Shown: positions 37,694 to 52,105, numbered from the stretch's first letter. The stretch: 64,000 nucleotides of DNA from Eledone cirrhosa (GCA_964016885.1 OZ024743.1:170624001-170688000); one strand, 5' to 3'. Numbers and translations are program-made. Notes: generated by a model from the letters alone, not told the origin.

Positions 37694-37960
37694 CAATGTC
37701 AATATGCATGAACGACCGTGGTAAACTGTAGTGTGTAGGAGAGAAGACTGCATTGGTATGGACATGTGATGTGCGTCGAAGGTGACCCGATGGTGAAGAA
37801 GTGCCAAGAAATCCCAGTAGAAGGAAGACAGTAAAGCAAAACCACGAAAGACATGGGCGGAGGTGGTGAGAGCTTACTCAAATTGACGAAGGACCGTGAT
37901 GAATGAAGAGGACCTGTCCTACCCTTGCAAGCAAGGAAAAGCGGATGTAAAATGATCATC
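37690..37960 (+). mobile_element. RTE LINE 3' fragment (family B)
   Basis: LHWYGHVM...KKCQEIPVEG and tail cccttgcaagcaaggaaaagcggatgtaaaatga. Confidence 0.8.
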
Positions 37961-40900
37961 ATCATCATCATCATTTAACATCTATCTTCCATGCTAGTAT
38001 GGGTTAAACCGGTTTGTCCCATTAGAGACAAGTTGAGTTGGGTGACCATGTCACGCTCATTTAGGACTGTTTTAGGTGGTTTTCTATAGTTGGATTCCTT
38101 TCCAACTGCCAATCACATTTACAGTATGGGCCGGGTGCTTTTTGTCGTGACACCCACATGACCACTTTACAGTGTGGGCTGGATGTTTTGTGGTACTAAC
38201 ATAACTTTATAGAGAAAGGGTGGTGTGGGCGGAAGTGGGAGAGAGTTATAGGGGGTGTGGGTGTGTATATTGGATTAAGAGGTGCCTACTGAGTATATGT
38301 TTAAGTCTGTGTGCAAGGGAAGGCAGGTCTTCTGTATTACTGCATGCATGCTTCATTCCTTTCCAATCTGTGCAGATCCTCTGCACTCAATGCCCATGTC
38401 TCACTGCCATGTAACATTGCTGCTTGTATACAAGCATCATACAATCCTCATTTCATTTTTAGAGAGGAACTTTTTGTGACAAACAGCGGTATTAGCTCTC
38501 TGAACTTCTTCCATCCCCTTCTTACTCTGGCTACTGTACTCCACTGCTGATTTTGTCACCCAGGAAACGACAAGTGTCTACTATTTCATCTGGGCAGTTG
38601 AAGGTACTAGTATCAAGTGCGCACTTGCTGTTTACTGCACCTGAGCATCAGCCTACATTCTGTGATGCCACTACAGCTTTTATGTACCCATAGCTTGCAT
38701 TTGAGACTTAGAATGGAATTTCTACCTACTTCTTTCCTACACACTGAGCAAGGCCATTTCCCAGAGGGAACCTGTGCCCTATTTTCCTTTCTACATACTA
38801 AAACTTTAGTCTTAGACAAGTTAACTTTAAGGCCTTTTGATTCAAGGCCATACTTCCATGTTTGGAATTTCTTCTCTAGTTCTGCCATAGATTCAGCTAT
38901 GAGAGTTAGATCATCTGCGTATAGAAGTTCCCATGGGCAGTCAGTCTTAAACTCTTCTGTTATAGCCTGTAAGGCAATAATAAGCAGGAGGGGTATAAGG
39001 ACTTTTATGCTAAATTCTTCACTATATTCATTGTTAATTCTAACCTTGCTGACTGTTCCTCTTTACATGGCTTGTATAGCTTTCACAAGCCATTCATCTA
39101 CTCCCAGTTTTCTAAGGGCCCACCAGATAATGGAACGCGGGACTATGTCAAAAGCTTTCTCCAAGTCAATAAAAGCTAAATAGAGGGGTTTACTTTTAGT
39201 ACTTCTTGAGTAGTTGCCTTACGAGAAAGAGAGCATCCTTGGTATTTTTACCTGGCACAATCCCAAACTGCATTTTATCTAGATGAATTTGGTCCCTAAT
39301 CAGCTGTGTGATAACTCTTTCTGTGATCTTCATGACCTGGTCAACTAACTTAAGGCCTCTATAGTTTTCTCATTCTAGAGCATCTCCTTTGCCCTTGTAG
39401 CAGTTTATGATGCTGCTGCTATGCCAGTCATTTGGTATGACTCCATTCTGCATTGCTTGGTTTACTATCTGGGTGACCATAGTATGTCCCACCATTCCAG
39501 ATGCGTTCAACATCTCAGCAACTATCCCCGAAGGCCCAACTGCCTTGCCTGTCTTCATATCTTTCATTGCCTTACTTACTATACTACTACTGACTTGCAC
39601 AGCTGGTCCCTCTGTTGGATCAACTTGTGGCAAATTATCTTTATCCCATTCATTCTCCTCATTTAGTAGTCTTTTGTAGTAGCACTTCCATGCTACCTTC
39701 TTATCAGTATCGGTGAGAGCAAGTACACCATTATCATTACGGACACACTTCTCCCCAACAATTTTCCATGACACATTTTCTCGCAATCCTGAACACCTCA
39801 CATTTTTGGTCCTCGCTTTGAAGAACATACTTGATCTTTCTATCCTCTGCTTCCCTTCTTTCAAAGCACACTTGTCGCCTAGCTTCTCTCCTAGCCACCT
39901 GATAGTGTTCTCTATTTGCCCCATTCTGCCATTCTTTCCAAACCCTTTTTAGCCTTGTCTCCCCCACCCTAGTGTTGCACCACTAAGTCACTCTCCTCCT
40001 CCCTAAAGGTCTGCTCCAGCCACAGATTTCATCTGTCGCCTTCAGCAAGTTATCTTTCAGGAATTCCCACTGCTCCTCTATATTGTACATCTCTAATTGC
40101 TCTGCCTTACTGCCAAAAGCATCAAGTAATTTGTTACTGGCTGTCGGGTCCTTCAACTTCCACATTCTTCTCCTCAAGGTTGTCCTGTCATCGAGTTCGT
40201 CTAGTCCTGACTATGAGGCCCCTAACTACTAGGCTATGTTGGGAGGTGCATTCTTCACGGGAGAAGATCTTAGTGTTTACAACAGACACTCTGTCACGTC
40301 TTCTAGTAAGGATATAATCTATCTGGCTGGTCTGCTCCCCTGATCCATAGGTGATCAAGTGATTGTCTCATTTTTTGAAGTTTGTATTACAGATAGTTAG
40401 GTTATTATCATCACAGAATTCCAGGATCCTATAACCTTCCTCATTTCTAGTACCATCTATGGATCCTGTCATAGCCATCACAATGTTATCCAACATGCCC
40501 ATTAAGGTCACCAACAATAATTATGTAGACACTATCAGTTATTTGGAAAGTAGTGAGCATTAGCGTCTCATAGAACCTGTCTTTTATAACATCAGGTAGA
40601 CCAGATTGGGGTGCATAAGTGGATATAATTGATACAGTTTTTCTACTTAGAATTAGTCTAATTTTAATGATTCTGTCATTCACTCTATTTACAGCAATTA
40701 CTTTACACATTTTTCTGCTAATATAATTACTACACCACCCAGCCTATTGTCATTTCCCATCCAGAAAAGTTTATAGCATCGTTTTTTAACCACAATGAAT
40801 CTAGCTGACCCTCCCCTCCACCTAGTTTCTTGAAACATCAACTCCCTTACGTTTAAGCATTTCTACAACCTCATTTGATCGACCTTTCAATGTGCCTACT

Positions 40901-41050
40901 TTCATGGTACCAACTCTGAAGTTTTGGAGTTCACTGGATGGGGTCTCGGAGAGGGGAGTGGGAGGCAGATTTATGTTGGTCTTGGTCTTCCATGAGTGAA
41001 ATAAAGAGGGGTGCTTGCATGCTCGTCCGGAGATGGGAGGTGAATTCATT
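37955..41050 (-). mobile_element. Near-full-length decayed RTE LINE
   Basis: Minus strand FRVGTMKVGTLKGR, ISTYAPQSG, GDLNGHVG, GPSGIVAEML, GLKVNLSKTKVL, then tail. Confidence 0.9.
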
Positions 41051-41095
41051 GTCGTTGCTCAGACTCTCCATCTCTGTAGTCCATTTATCATACAG

Positions 41096-41126
<31 letters not shown>

Positions 41127-41389
41127 ACTTGCTTTCCTTCTGTCTAAATCCTTTTCGTCACTCATTTCGTCTATATTTCATCCTTTCTGTTATTCTTTCC
41201 GTCCCTCGCGTCTTTTTAACATCTCTCCTTCACCATATCCCCTCTCTCCATTGCCACATCGACCAATGACTACAGCACTAACACATAACTGCTAACTCAA
41301 TCCCTATCACATACATCCTAGGACAGTTGTTTTGGGATCTGTTGTTTGTTCTGTATGGCATATGGATTATTAAGTAGGAGCACTCCTAA

Positions 41390-44300
41390 ATCATGTATAT
41401 GAACCCACTAACCTCCTCTGGATGTCCATGTGATCGCTCTTCTCTATTTCAGACATGGAAAACCAACACCAACTCACTCCTCACACCCTCTACCAAGTTT
41501 TCATCTTCTCCCTCCCTCTCTCCCATTGTACTCCATAACTTCAGAGTTGGCACCATCTTTGTTGGCACAATGAAAGGTAGATTTGGAGAGATTGTAGAGA
41601 TGCTTGAACGAAAGAATGTCAATGTGTGTAGTGTGCAAGAAACTAGATGGAGAGGTGTCAGCTAGATTTCTTGTGGGCAAAAAACGTAGCTACAAATTTT
41701 TCTGGGTAGGAAATGACAATGGACTGGGTGAAGTAGGGATTTTGGTAGCAAAAAAATGGGTAAACAAAGTAATTGCTGTAAATAGAGTAAATAGAATAAT
41801 TAAACTTAGACTTGTACTAAATAGAATAATTTTAAGAATTATATTTGCATATGCACCTCCATCTGGACTGCCAGACTCAATAAAAGATACGTTTTATGAG
41901 TCCCTAATGCACACAACTTCCCAAATAAATGACAGCAACCTCATACTCATTGCAGGTGACTTTAACAGGCAACACTGTGAGGGTTTTGACGGAATCCATG
42001 GGGGTTACAATTTTGGTGCTAGAAATGAGAATGCTGGAATTCTGTGACGCAAATGACTTATCTATCTGTAACACAAACTTCAAAAAACAAGACAACCATT
42101 TAATCACCTATAGATCTGGTGAACACACCAGCCAAATAGATTTCATTCTCACCAGAACTTGAGTTGAGTGACGGTTAGGAACACAAAGTGAAGCATGCTT
42201 TTCCCAACATAACTTAGTAGTTAGCAACCTTACAGTCAGGGCTAGAAGAACCCAGCAACGGCAACCAATCGGAAGGAGAAGAGTATGGAAGTTAAAAGAC
42301 CCATCAAACAGTAACAAATTTAGAAATATGTTGACTGACACCTTTGACAGTAAGGAAGAGCAAATAGAGACATACAATATAGCGGAGCAGTGGGAGTTCC
42401 TGAAAGGTAACCTACTGAAGGTGACTGATGAAACCTGTGGCTGGAGTAAGTCCCTAGGAAGATGGAGAGTAACTTGGAATAGTAAAATAGATGAGTCAAT
42501 TAAAGCCAGCTTGAAAAGATTGGCAAAATGGGGGTAGCAGAGAAGTCTACTACTAACAAGTTGCAAGAAGGGAAGCAGAAAAATAATTTAAGCATGTTTG
42601 GCAGCGTGAGTGTGTCAGGGAAAATTGTGATGTCGGTGGGGAGAAGTGCGTCCAAAATGATTTTGGCGAACTTCCCCTCATTGACGCTGAAAAGAAGGTA
42701 GCATGGAAGTGCCACTATGAAAGATTACTGAATGAGGAGAATGCATGGGATGAAGACAGTTTGTCACATGTCGACCCAAGAGAGGGACTGGCTGTACAAG
42801 TTAGTGGTAGTGTAGTAAGTAAGGCAATCAAGGATACGAAGACAGAGCAGCTGAACCCTCAGGGATAGTTGCTGAGATGCTGAAAGCATCAGGTATGATG
42901 GGCCACACTTTAGTCTCCTGCATGACCAATGACTCGTGTAGCAGCATCATCATAAACTGATACAGGGACAAAGGTGATGCTCTAGACAGGGAAAACTATA
43001 GAGGCATTAAGTTGGTTGACCACTGAAAGAGAGATAGCTCTGCTGATTAGAGCACAAGTTAACCTAGATGAGATGCAGTTTGGGTTTGTACCAGGTAAAA
43101 GTATCACATATGCCCTCTTCCAACTGCAGAAGTACCTAGTTAAGAGTAAACCCCTCTACTTGGTTTTTGTAGACCTGGAGAAAAAAGTTGAGTCCCTTGT
43201 TCCTTTATCTGGTAGGCTCTTAGAAAACTAGGTGTAGATGAGTGGCTTGTGAAGCCATGTACAGAAGAACAGTTATCAAGATCAGAATTAACAATGACTA
43301 TAGCGAAGAATTTAGTGTGCAGTTTGGTGTCCACCAAGGCTCAGTTCTTAGCCCCCTCCTGTTGATCATTGCCCTACAGGCAATAACGGAGGAGTTTAAG
43401 ACTGGCTGCCCTTGGGAACTTCTCTATGCAGACGACCTAACCCTTATAGCCAAATCTATAGCTGAATTAGAGATGAAATTCCAAACCTGGATACACAGCC
43501 TGGAATCTAAAGGTCTTTAAGTCAACTTAGTAAAGACTAAAGTTCTAGTAAGTAGAAAGGTTAACAGGGCCCAGATATCCTGCCATTGCTCAGTGTGCAG
43601 AAAAGGGATAGGTAGGAATTCCATACTATGTCCCAAGTGCAAGCTATGGGAACACAAGAGATGTAGTGGAATCCCAGGCAGACTAAGAAAGAATGTAGGT
43701 TTTACATAGGGTCAGTGCACGGGAGCAATAAGTAGAAAAAGCTCTCAAGATACAATCACCTTCAAATGCCTAGAAGGCTCTATAGAAGTGCTAGACAGCT
43801 TCTGTTACCTGGGTCACCAAATCAAGTAGCCAGAGTGAGATCGAGTTAGAGAAAGTTCAGAGATCTACTAACGCTGCTAACTACAAAAGGTTTTGCCCTC
43901 GAAATGAAAGGCAGACTGTATGATGCATGTATAAGAATAACTATGTTGTGTAACAGTGAAACCTGGGCTCTGTGTACAGAGGACCTGCATAGATTGGAAA
44001 GAAATGAAGCCCCCATGCTTCAATGGATGTACAATAGCAATATACGAGAACAGCAAAGCTATGCGAGAAATTAAACTTTTGAGGGATCAGATGCTGTGTG
44101 CAGGAGAGATTATGTTAGTATCGACACATGATACGTATGAAGGATGACAGCTGCATAAAAAGGGGCAGAGCGCTCAAGGTTGATGGTAGGCAGGCCTAGG
44201 AAGACTTGGGATGAGGTAATAAGAGCTGTCTTTGCTCAATTACACCTCACTAAGGCAATGACACAGGACTATGACCTCTGGTGCTATGAAGTATTACAGA

Positions 44301-44535
44301 AGATCCGCCCTCTATTATTCTCGGGCTGAGGCATATACCTAGTAGGCAATACCATTCTCTACCATCTCTCCTCCCATAAACCTCCCTTATACCTACATCC
44401 CCAATTCCCCAAAGCATCTAACCCAGCCCTCCCAAATTCCCAACCTCCTCTATAAAGTGAAACCCCCCATCCCAACCCACTATAGTGGTCATGTAGGTGC
44501 CATGACAAAAGCGAGTGCCCTTAGCTAGAAAAGGG
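41390..44535 (+). mobile_element. Near-full-length decayed RTE LINE
   Basis: FRVGTIFVGTMKGR, QETRW, AYAPPSG, SQIDFIL, GVHQGSVLSPLL, LLYADDL, C-terminal GRPRKTW. Confidence 0.9.
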
Positions 44536-44618
44536 CATCTGTAGTGATCCTCCCTGGTATGTAACCAAACTACTTCGCATTTAATTTAACTCTTTCTGCC
44601 ACTTCAAATAACAACGCC

Positions 44619-44654
<36 letters not shown>

Positions 44655-44711
44655 TAAGAAATGTGTGTGTGTGTCTGTGTTTGGTACATGTCTATCTATC
44701 TATCTCTCCAA

Positions 44712-45114
44712 CAGGGGGCTCAAACATGCGGCCCACGAACTACTTTACTATGGCCCGTGGTAGAACCAATATTTCAGATTCCATTATAACTGGTGAAAAT
44801 AAGGCAGTGAGGTGGTGGAATCGTTAGCACATCTGGCGAAATGCTTAGCGGTACTTCTTCCATTTTTACATTCCAAGTTCAAATTCTGCCGATCTCAACT
44901 TTGCCTTTAATCCTTTTGAGGTCGATAAATTAAGTACCAGTTGGGAACTGGGATCGATGTAATCGACGGAACCCTAAACCCTAAAATTCATGCCTTGTGC
45001 CTATAGTAGAAATGATTATAACTGGTGAAAATCATCACCCACCACCACGTTTGGCCCAGTGCCTCTCCTCCAGGACGTAATGGCCCTTTTATGTCATTGA
45101 GTTTGAGACCCCTC
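44712..45114. mobile_element. hAT-type non-autonomous DNA transposon (MITE) with a nested SINE
   Basis: Terminal inverted repeats cagggggctcaaac / gtttgagacccct and subterminal ggccc motifs. The 8-bp flanks (ctctccaa / ttctacat) are only partly matched. Confidence 0.65.
44801..45014 (+). mobile_element. tRNA-derived SINE with 18-bp target-site duplication
   Basis: Full SINE (aaggcagtgaggtggtggaatcgttagc...gttcaaattc...ccttgtgcctatagtagaaa) flanked by attataactggtgaaaat at 44783-44800 and 45015-45032. Confidence 0.88.
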
Positions 45115-45149
45115 TTCTACATACACACACACATATATATATATACACA

Positions 45150-45400
45150 CTTTACTTTTTTTCTGTCTCTGGACTACGCCCATGCTGGAGTATCACCTTG
45201 GTAAGTTATGGGGAGGTCAACAAACCAACAAGCATTGGTGGGAGGGCAAACACAAACGCAAAGACACACAAACATATATAAAACGCGCTTCTTTTAGTTT
45301 CGGTCTATCAAATCCACTCACAGGGCTTTGGTCGGCCCGGGCAGTGGGACTGAACCCAGAAACATGTGGTTGGGAAGCAAGCTTCTTGTCACAATGTGCA
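45150..45400 (-). mobile_element. Decayed SINE
   Basis: gcagtgggactgaacccagaaacatgtggttgggaagcaagcttctt is the reverse complement of a tRNA-like head. Confidence 0.6.
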
Positions 45401-45636
45401 TATATATATGTGTGTGTATGTGTTATCAAGTTAACAATGAAAATAAAAAGAACAAAGTCAAGTTACTTTATAACTTTGTTTTTATTTTGTTGTTTTTATT
45501 TTTATTGTTAATTTAATACCTAATATCTGACTCTGTATCTATGGATTTTACAAGATTACATTGAGTCCTATCTACGGTACGGACCCTACTACCAGACTGA
45601 AAAAAGAAAATATATATATATATATATGTGTGTGTG

Positions 45637-45698
<62 letters not shown>

Positions 45699-46521
45699 CT
45701 ACATACATACATATATACATACATACGTTTACCTATGTATATAGCTATGCATTTGTATATACACATGCATTTTTATTGAAGTGTGGAAGGATTTTGACAT
45801 GAATTTTCGTTTTTTTTGGTAAGGAGAGAATTTTGACTCCAGATTTTATTACCTAGGGAGATTAAATACCACAGCTCTGGCTGAAACCTGACCAGGTTCT
45901 CAACCTTATCAAACACCAACACCGGCCTGTGTGTGTATATATGTGTGTGTATGTATGCATGTATGTATGTATGTTCGTATGCATGTGTGTGTATGATTGT
46001 ATGTATATATATGTATACACCCACACCTTTCATCACCATTGCTTCTTTTTCTTGTCGTTTCTGTTCTTGTAACTGTTGTAAAAGTTGACGTCCCTATTTT
46101 CATTTTCTTTGATTTCTTTCATTATTCTTTTATCTCCCTAGGGAATTCGTTGACAAGCTTCTTTTATTTATTTTCTTTGTTTTCTTCATTCGAATGCATT
46201 CACACTGGCTGTCTCAGAGACGTACAAATTTGGCTTATAAAACTTACCTAAGTAAATAGCCTAGCGCGCCCCGAAGCTTCAAACACCCCCTTTCTCCAAA
46301 ATGCCCCCCTGGAGCTCTGTTGAGAACCTTTGGTGTAGATGTCACTGACCTAATCCCTCACAAAAGGACAGCCCATCCTACCAATGCCAACATGGAAGAT
46401 GGATGTTAAATGATGATGATCATATATATATAATGCTTATGTGGACCTCTCAAAATTTGTTGGATTTTCACCCGAAATTGGATACCAACCCGGAGTACAC
46501 CTGAACTTCCACCAGGAAATC

Positions 46522-46563
<42 letters not shown>

Positions 46564-47267
46564 GTATGTGTATATAAATAAGTATATATGTATGTGTGTA
46601 TTGAACAATGAAAATATAACAAACGTCAGAGATAGTTAGTTAATTAGTTCATATTAAATAATAAACAAATTAACTAACTACCTTTGAGTAGATTCTTTGA
46701 GGAAACCTTAGGCGATGAGCACCTACGACAAAATCTCGCTGAAACCATCTCTTCAAAGTCACAGTGTTCTTAACAATGATATCAGCCCCACCACAAACAG
46801 GTGGAAACCAAAATCTCACACCCACTCCTCCACTTCTGCTCTGAACACAACATCTCTGGATGCCTTACATCTTTCTCGATAATATCTCTCTGAACTGGAT
46901 TATACAATCACAGATATACCCATACATAAAGATACACACATTCACCTTCACACACATGCACACAAAATATTTCTGCTACTGACAACACACATGTGGATAC
47001 ACACATATACACACACATCCAACACACATGAAAATATGCACACACACACACAAACATACACACTCACATGCATAGAAACACAAAAAAAAGTCACATACAC
47101 ACAAACATGTGTAGACACACTCACACAGAATTGTACACATTTACATACATAGAAACAACAGAAAAAGCCCCGTACACACACACTTACATGCACAAAAAAG
47201 AACTGTCAGATATACACACACACCAACAATATAAGACTTTGAGACACCCACTTGTTCACAGACATAT

Positions 47268-48630
47268 TCATCATCATCATCCATTTTTTACATCCATTCT
47301 TCCATGCTAGCATAGGTTAGATGGGTTAAGGTGACCTTGTCTTGCTCATGCAGAACTGATTTTGGCTTGATTTCTACAGCTTTATTTACTGGATGCTTTC
47401 TTGCATGGTGCCTACACGTCCACTTTACAGTATGGACTGGGTGCTTTTTGTTGTGACACCTACACGACCACTTTACAGTGAGAGGGGTTGGGGGCATACT
47501 GTCTATATTGTTCAGCTTCAGCTTGTACCCATGGGAAGACAGGTCTTCTGTATTACTGTGTAATGACAGAGGTCTCGGTCCTGTGTCATCGCCTTTGAGA
47601 GGTGCAATTGGGCAAAGTCAGCTTTTATCACCTCATCCCAGATCTTCTTGGGTCTCCCCACTCCAAGGCTTCCATCGACTTCTAGTGCTCTGCACCTTTT
47701 TATGCAGCTGTCATCCTCCATATGCATCTCATGTCCATATCGACGCAACCTCCTCTCCTGCACACAGCATTTGATTGCTCTTATGCTCAGTCTCTCTCTC
47801 AATTCGTTTATGCTTTGCTATTCACGTATATTACTATTACACATCCATCGGAGCATGCAAGCTTCGTTCCTTTCTAATCTACTCAAGTCTTCTACACACA
47901 ACGCCCAGGTCTCACTACCATGTAACATTGCTGTTCGTATACACGCATCATACAGTCTGCCTTTCATTTTGAGGGAAAAGTCTTTTGCAGTTAGTAGTGG
48001 CAGTAACTCCCTGAACTTCTTCCATCCCTTTCTCACCCTGGTTACTGTACTTTCAGAACATCTACCTCCAATGCTAATTCAGTCACCTAGGTAGCAGAAG
48101 CTGTCAACTATTTCTACAGAGACCTCCCGGAGTTTGGCAATGCTTGTTTCCTGTGGCCGTTTGCTGCTTACTGTCCCGGTGCAACTGCTACATGTAAAGC
48201 CTACAGCCTTAACTAAATTTCCTGAGATCCCACTACATCTCTTGTGTACCCATAGTTTGCATTTGGGGCAGAGGATGGGATTTCTACCTACACCTTTCCC
48301 ACATACTGAGCAAGGCCATTTCCCTGAGGGGATCTGGGCTCTGTTTTCTCATCTACTTACGAGGACCTTAGTCTTTGTCAGGACAACTTTTAGACACCTT
48401 GTTTCTAGGCCCTGCTTCCATGTTTAGAATTTCTTCTCTCGTTCCACCATAGATTCAACTATAAGTGTAAGATCATCTACATACAGAAGCTCCCATTTAT
48501 ACTCCTCTGTTTAGCGTGCAATAGGATAATAAACAGGAGAGGGCTAAGAACAAAGCCCTGATGGACACCAGCCTGTATGCTAAATTCCTCGATATAGTCA
48601 TTGCTAACCCTAACTTTGCTGACTGCTCCC
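47268..48630 (-). mobile_element. RTE LINE 3' half (family A)
   Basis: GWKKFRELLPLL...LHGSETW...RRYGHEM...GRPKKIW. Closely related to 28250-29530. Confidence 0.9.
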
Positions 48631-50980
48631 ACCCGCAACCTATCAATCTCTTTCTAACACCCTTTTCCTAAGTTCCTTTTCTAACTTTTACACACAACTT
48701 TCATGTACCTACCTGTTCTCTACCATAAAACAGCTGGCACCTCCTTCACCCCCTACACTACCACCAACCTCATCATCTGCACACCTGATACCCCTGGCTG
48801 CCCAATCATCTCTCTGCAACTTCCCCACAAAACTCATCTTTGCCTATCTCGACTCCATCCTTGCACCCCTAGTAGCTGCCCTCCCCTTCCACATATCTGA
48901 CACCACCCATGCCCTCCACCTTTTTGACTCCTCCATCTATCCACCTGGCCCACCCCGTCCTCTTCACCTGCAACATCAAATCCCTCTACACACACATTCC
49001 CCAACAATCATGGCCTACGTGCCCTTCAACACTTCCTCAACCTTCGCTCCTCCACTCTACCCTATCAACCTCCACCCGCCTCACTTTATCTTCTTCACCC
49101 TCAACTGCGTATCTTGTTGGATGAGTTCTACCAATAAGTAACCGGAATGGCTATGGGTACAAGAATGGGCCCTAACTACACCAACCTATTCATTGGCAAC
49201 ATTGAGGCCCAAATCTTTGCCCAATACGCTGGCCCCATCCCTGATCTATACGTCCATTATATTGACGACTGCATCGGTGTCACCTCACTTACATGAGAAC
49301 AGCTCAGCTGTTTTCTCTCTTTCCTTTGCTTCTTCCACTCCGCACTCAACTTCACCATCTCCATCTCCAACACCTTCATTCACTTCCTGGACATCTCCAT
49401 CAGCCCCTTACATCACCCCTACTACCTTTAAACCTACTGACTCCCCCTCCTACCTTGATTTCACCTCTTCCCACCCCACCCACACTCCATCCCCATCTCC
49501 CAATTTCTTTGACTCTGCCATCTATGCAGCCAAACCCAGGACTTCAAGGTTCAAGCCTGTTACTTGGCTAGGAACTTCACTCGGCGAGGTAACCCCCTCC
49601 CTGGTCCATGCCACTCTCACCTGGATCCATGATGTTGACCAAACCACCACCATCATTCCACGCCTCGGCTCCCCACCAACCAACTTCCATTTTCCCATAC
49701 CTACCACACCTCCACCTTGCCTTGCCAGAGGATGGTCTTCCAGCTTTTCTGCCACCTCTGGTCAGGCCATCCATCTCCACCATTTTCCCACTCTCATCCC
49801 TCCCTTCCTTCAAGTGCACACACAATCTCCGACACCTCCTCGTCTGCAGCTCCCTTCATCCCCCAATTCCTCCCCTGGATCCCTCCTCTGCACTCAACCC
49901 CACTGTCACACTTGCCCTCATATCACCAACACCACCATCTTCCGTGGGCCCAAAGGCCAATCCTTCAGAGGAGTTCAGAACTCCTTCCACAGCACCTCTT
50001 CCAGCCTTGTTTATGGGCTCCTACATCAAACAGACTGGGTAACAATTGGCGGACCAGTTCGCCGAGCACCTCTGGGACATCTGGCTCAGCAGCCAGTCAC
50101 TAGTCACCCAACACTTCTGCTCCACCAGACACTCCATCCGCAACCTCACCATCTGCGACTTTATTGCATGCTCCAGAGCCCTAGACAGATACCTGAGATA
50201 TCAGCAGTACACTATTTGTTTCTCCAGACTTGGACCAAAAATGGTCTAAATTCCCCACCCCTTTTTCTTTAGCTCCACGCACACCCCTACACACCCACAT
50301 ATGCTCCACCTCTTCACCAACCTATCCACACACACCTACACAACCTATACTAGTTACAAACCCACCCCCTATTTTACCCCACCATTGGCACCAATGAATC
50401 AACTAACTAACTACCCACCATTAGCAGTACTAACCCCTGTCTACCACCACACTCCACACATTCATCCCCAACACCACTAATTACCTGCAACCCAGACTAC
50501 CACCACTTTCACGCCTGCATCACCATACACATACACACATAAAAACAAAGAATCTCACAGACATACACCCCAATATAAGACTCAGAGACACCCACCTATT
50601 CACACAGACTGATGCAGCACACACCAACCAATTTCATCTCTTCGGCGCGCACACAACCACACCCATGACACACCAGTACCCTCCACTTCAGCCTTCACCC
50701 ACAAATGCTGGACCTCTCACCTACCATTCCAACCTATCAATCTTCTCCTAACACCATTTCCACATACTACTTTCAGCATCCTTGTGTTTACTTTGTTTCA
50801 TTTATGAACCAATCAGGGTTTTACATATCTCTCTCTCTCTCTCTCAACCAGATAATTCTTCTTTTTATATTAGTATTTTTAGTATGGTTAGGGTTGGGAA
50901 TGATTGGGTGTGTACATAATTTTGTCCTTAAAATCACTATCTACGAGTGTTTGGTTGTAGTAAAGCACAGCCTTATCGGA
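48631..50980 (+). mobile_element. Penelope-like element (RT plus C-terminal GIY-YIG), decayed, C-rich
   Basis: Across frames: AYLDSILAPLV, CNIKSLYTHIP, GMAMGTRMGPNY, YIDDC, CTQPHCHTCPHI, SSLVY...YIKQTG..LADQFAEHL. The CxxxxCxxC linker resembles the Neptune type. Confidence 0.85.
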
Positions 50981-51454
50981 AATCTCCCAGGTTGCTGATA
51001 GATTAGAGATCCTATGACTAATATTAGAAACTAAGTTTTTAAAGACAGCAGGGGATGGCATGAGACTATATTAATCACTAGGCTTATGGTATGGTTTATA
51101 CAAAGCTGTTATTCGGTCTAAATTCACATCTAGGAAATTTTCAATTTGTTCTAGTGCACTGTATCAATTAAATTTGTGCAAAATCTGTCCAGAGTCTGTC
51201 CATTACAATCTTGTGAAACAGAAAGACCGTCATCATGGTATAGACCAAAGGAGTGGTTTGGGGAATTTAGACTTTAGGGTAAGAAGAATGTATAAGCAGA
51301 TAAGATTACAAACATCAGCCCTGTCATAGGACCCTACGGAGACAACAAAAGAAACATCATGGTCAGATTTGTTTACCTACATAGAACTGTTACTAAATAG
51401 GAGGGTTCTATGGGTATGGAATATGAGATCATATCCCATATCACTGATATATAC

Positions 51455-52105
51455 TAAGAAATGAGATCTCCTTATGAATGAGATATTTAGGATATTACAA
51501 GGTTTGTCATCTCCGAACAATATTTACTTGAACTCAAAGACAGAAATTTTTAGAGAATGTCTCCATCCCAAAACTCAATTGCTCGCTAGGTGGAAATATT
51601 CAACAAATTTGACTGATTTTCAACCACCTTAATTTGATTTATATACTTCCATTATATCTTTTCTTTCTCTTTCTCTTTCCACACTTACATAATACAATAC
51701 ACTTTCTACACTACTATACTTGATATATTATTAAATCTTACTATCTCTATATTACATTCCACTACATAATACAATACTTCTGCTATAGTATACAAACACG
51801 TGGCTCATCTCGATTCATATTTATAGCTTGGAGTTATTTCCCTTTGTTTTATGATGTTATCTTTCATAAACATGTGTTCTTAGCAAAATTTACTTTTAAC
51901 GCTATTTTATAAACTCGTATTAGTGCTGGAAGAAAGGTCAATATTTTGATGCTTCTTATTTTCTGGAGGTATGGTCAAATTAAGTCCTTGAAACATTAGG
52001 TAGTACCTTTGTTCCATGAATGAACATAAATATATAATATTTCTGCTTTCTTCCCGATTGAGCACTGCTTTCTTTTTCCTTTTCACATCTACGGATATTG
52101 CTACA
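51455..52105 (+). mobile_element. Penelope-like element 3' end (GIY-YIG C-terminus and terminal region)
   Basis: FRILQGLSSPNNIYLNSKTEIFRECLHPKTQLLARWKY, ending in (TA)n. Inverted copy at 56420-57010. Confidence 0.75.

Noticed and set aside
49193-50272. 359-aa Ser/Pro/Thr-rich ORF as a novel gene
   Set aside because: It is a mostly off-frame reading of a C-rich decayed Penelope-like element. The RT and GIY-YIG motifs are scattered across frames.
50990-51040. Hammerhead at the end of the C-rich Penelope-like element (ctgatag...gaaac)
   Set aside because: The core box does not match CUGAnGA and no stem I or stem III could be drawn.
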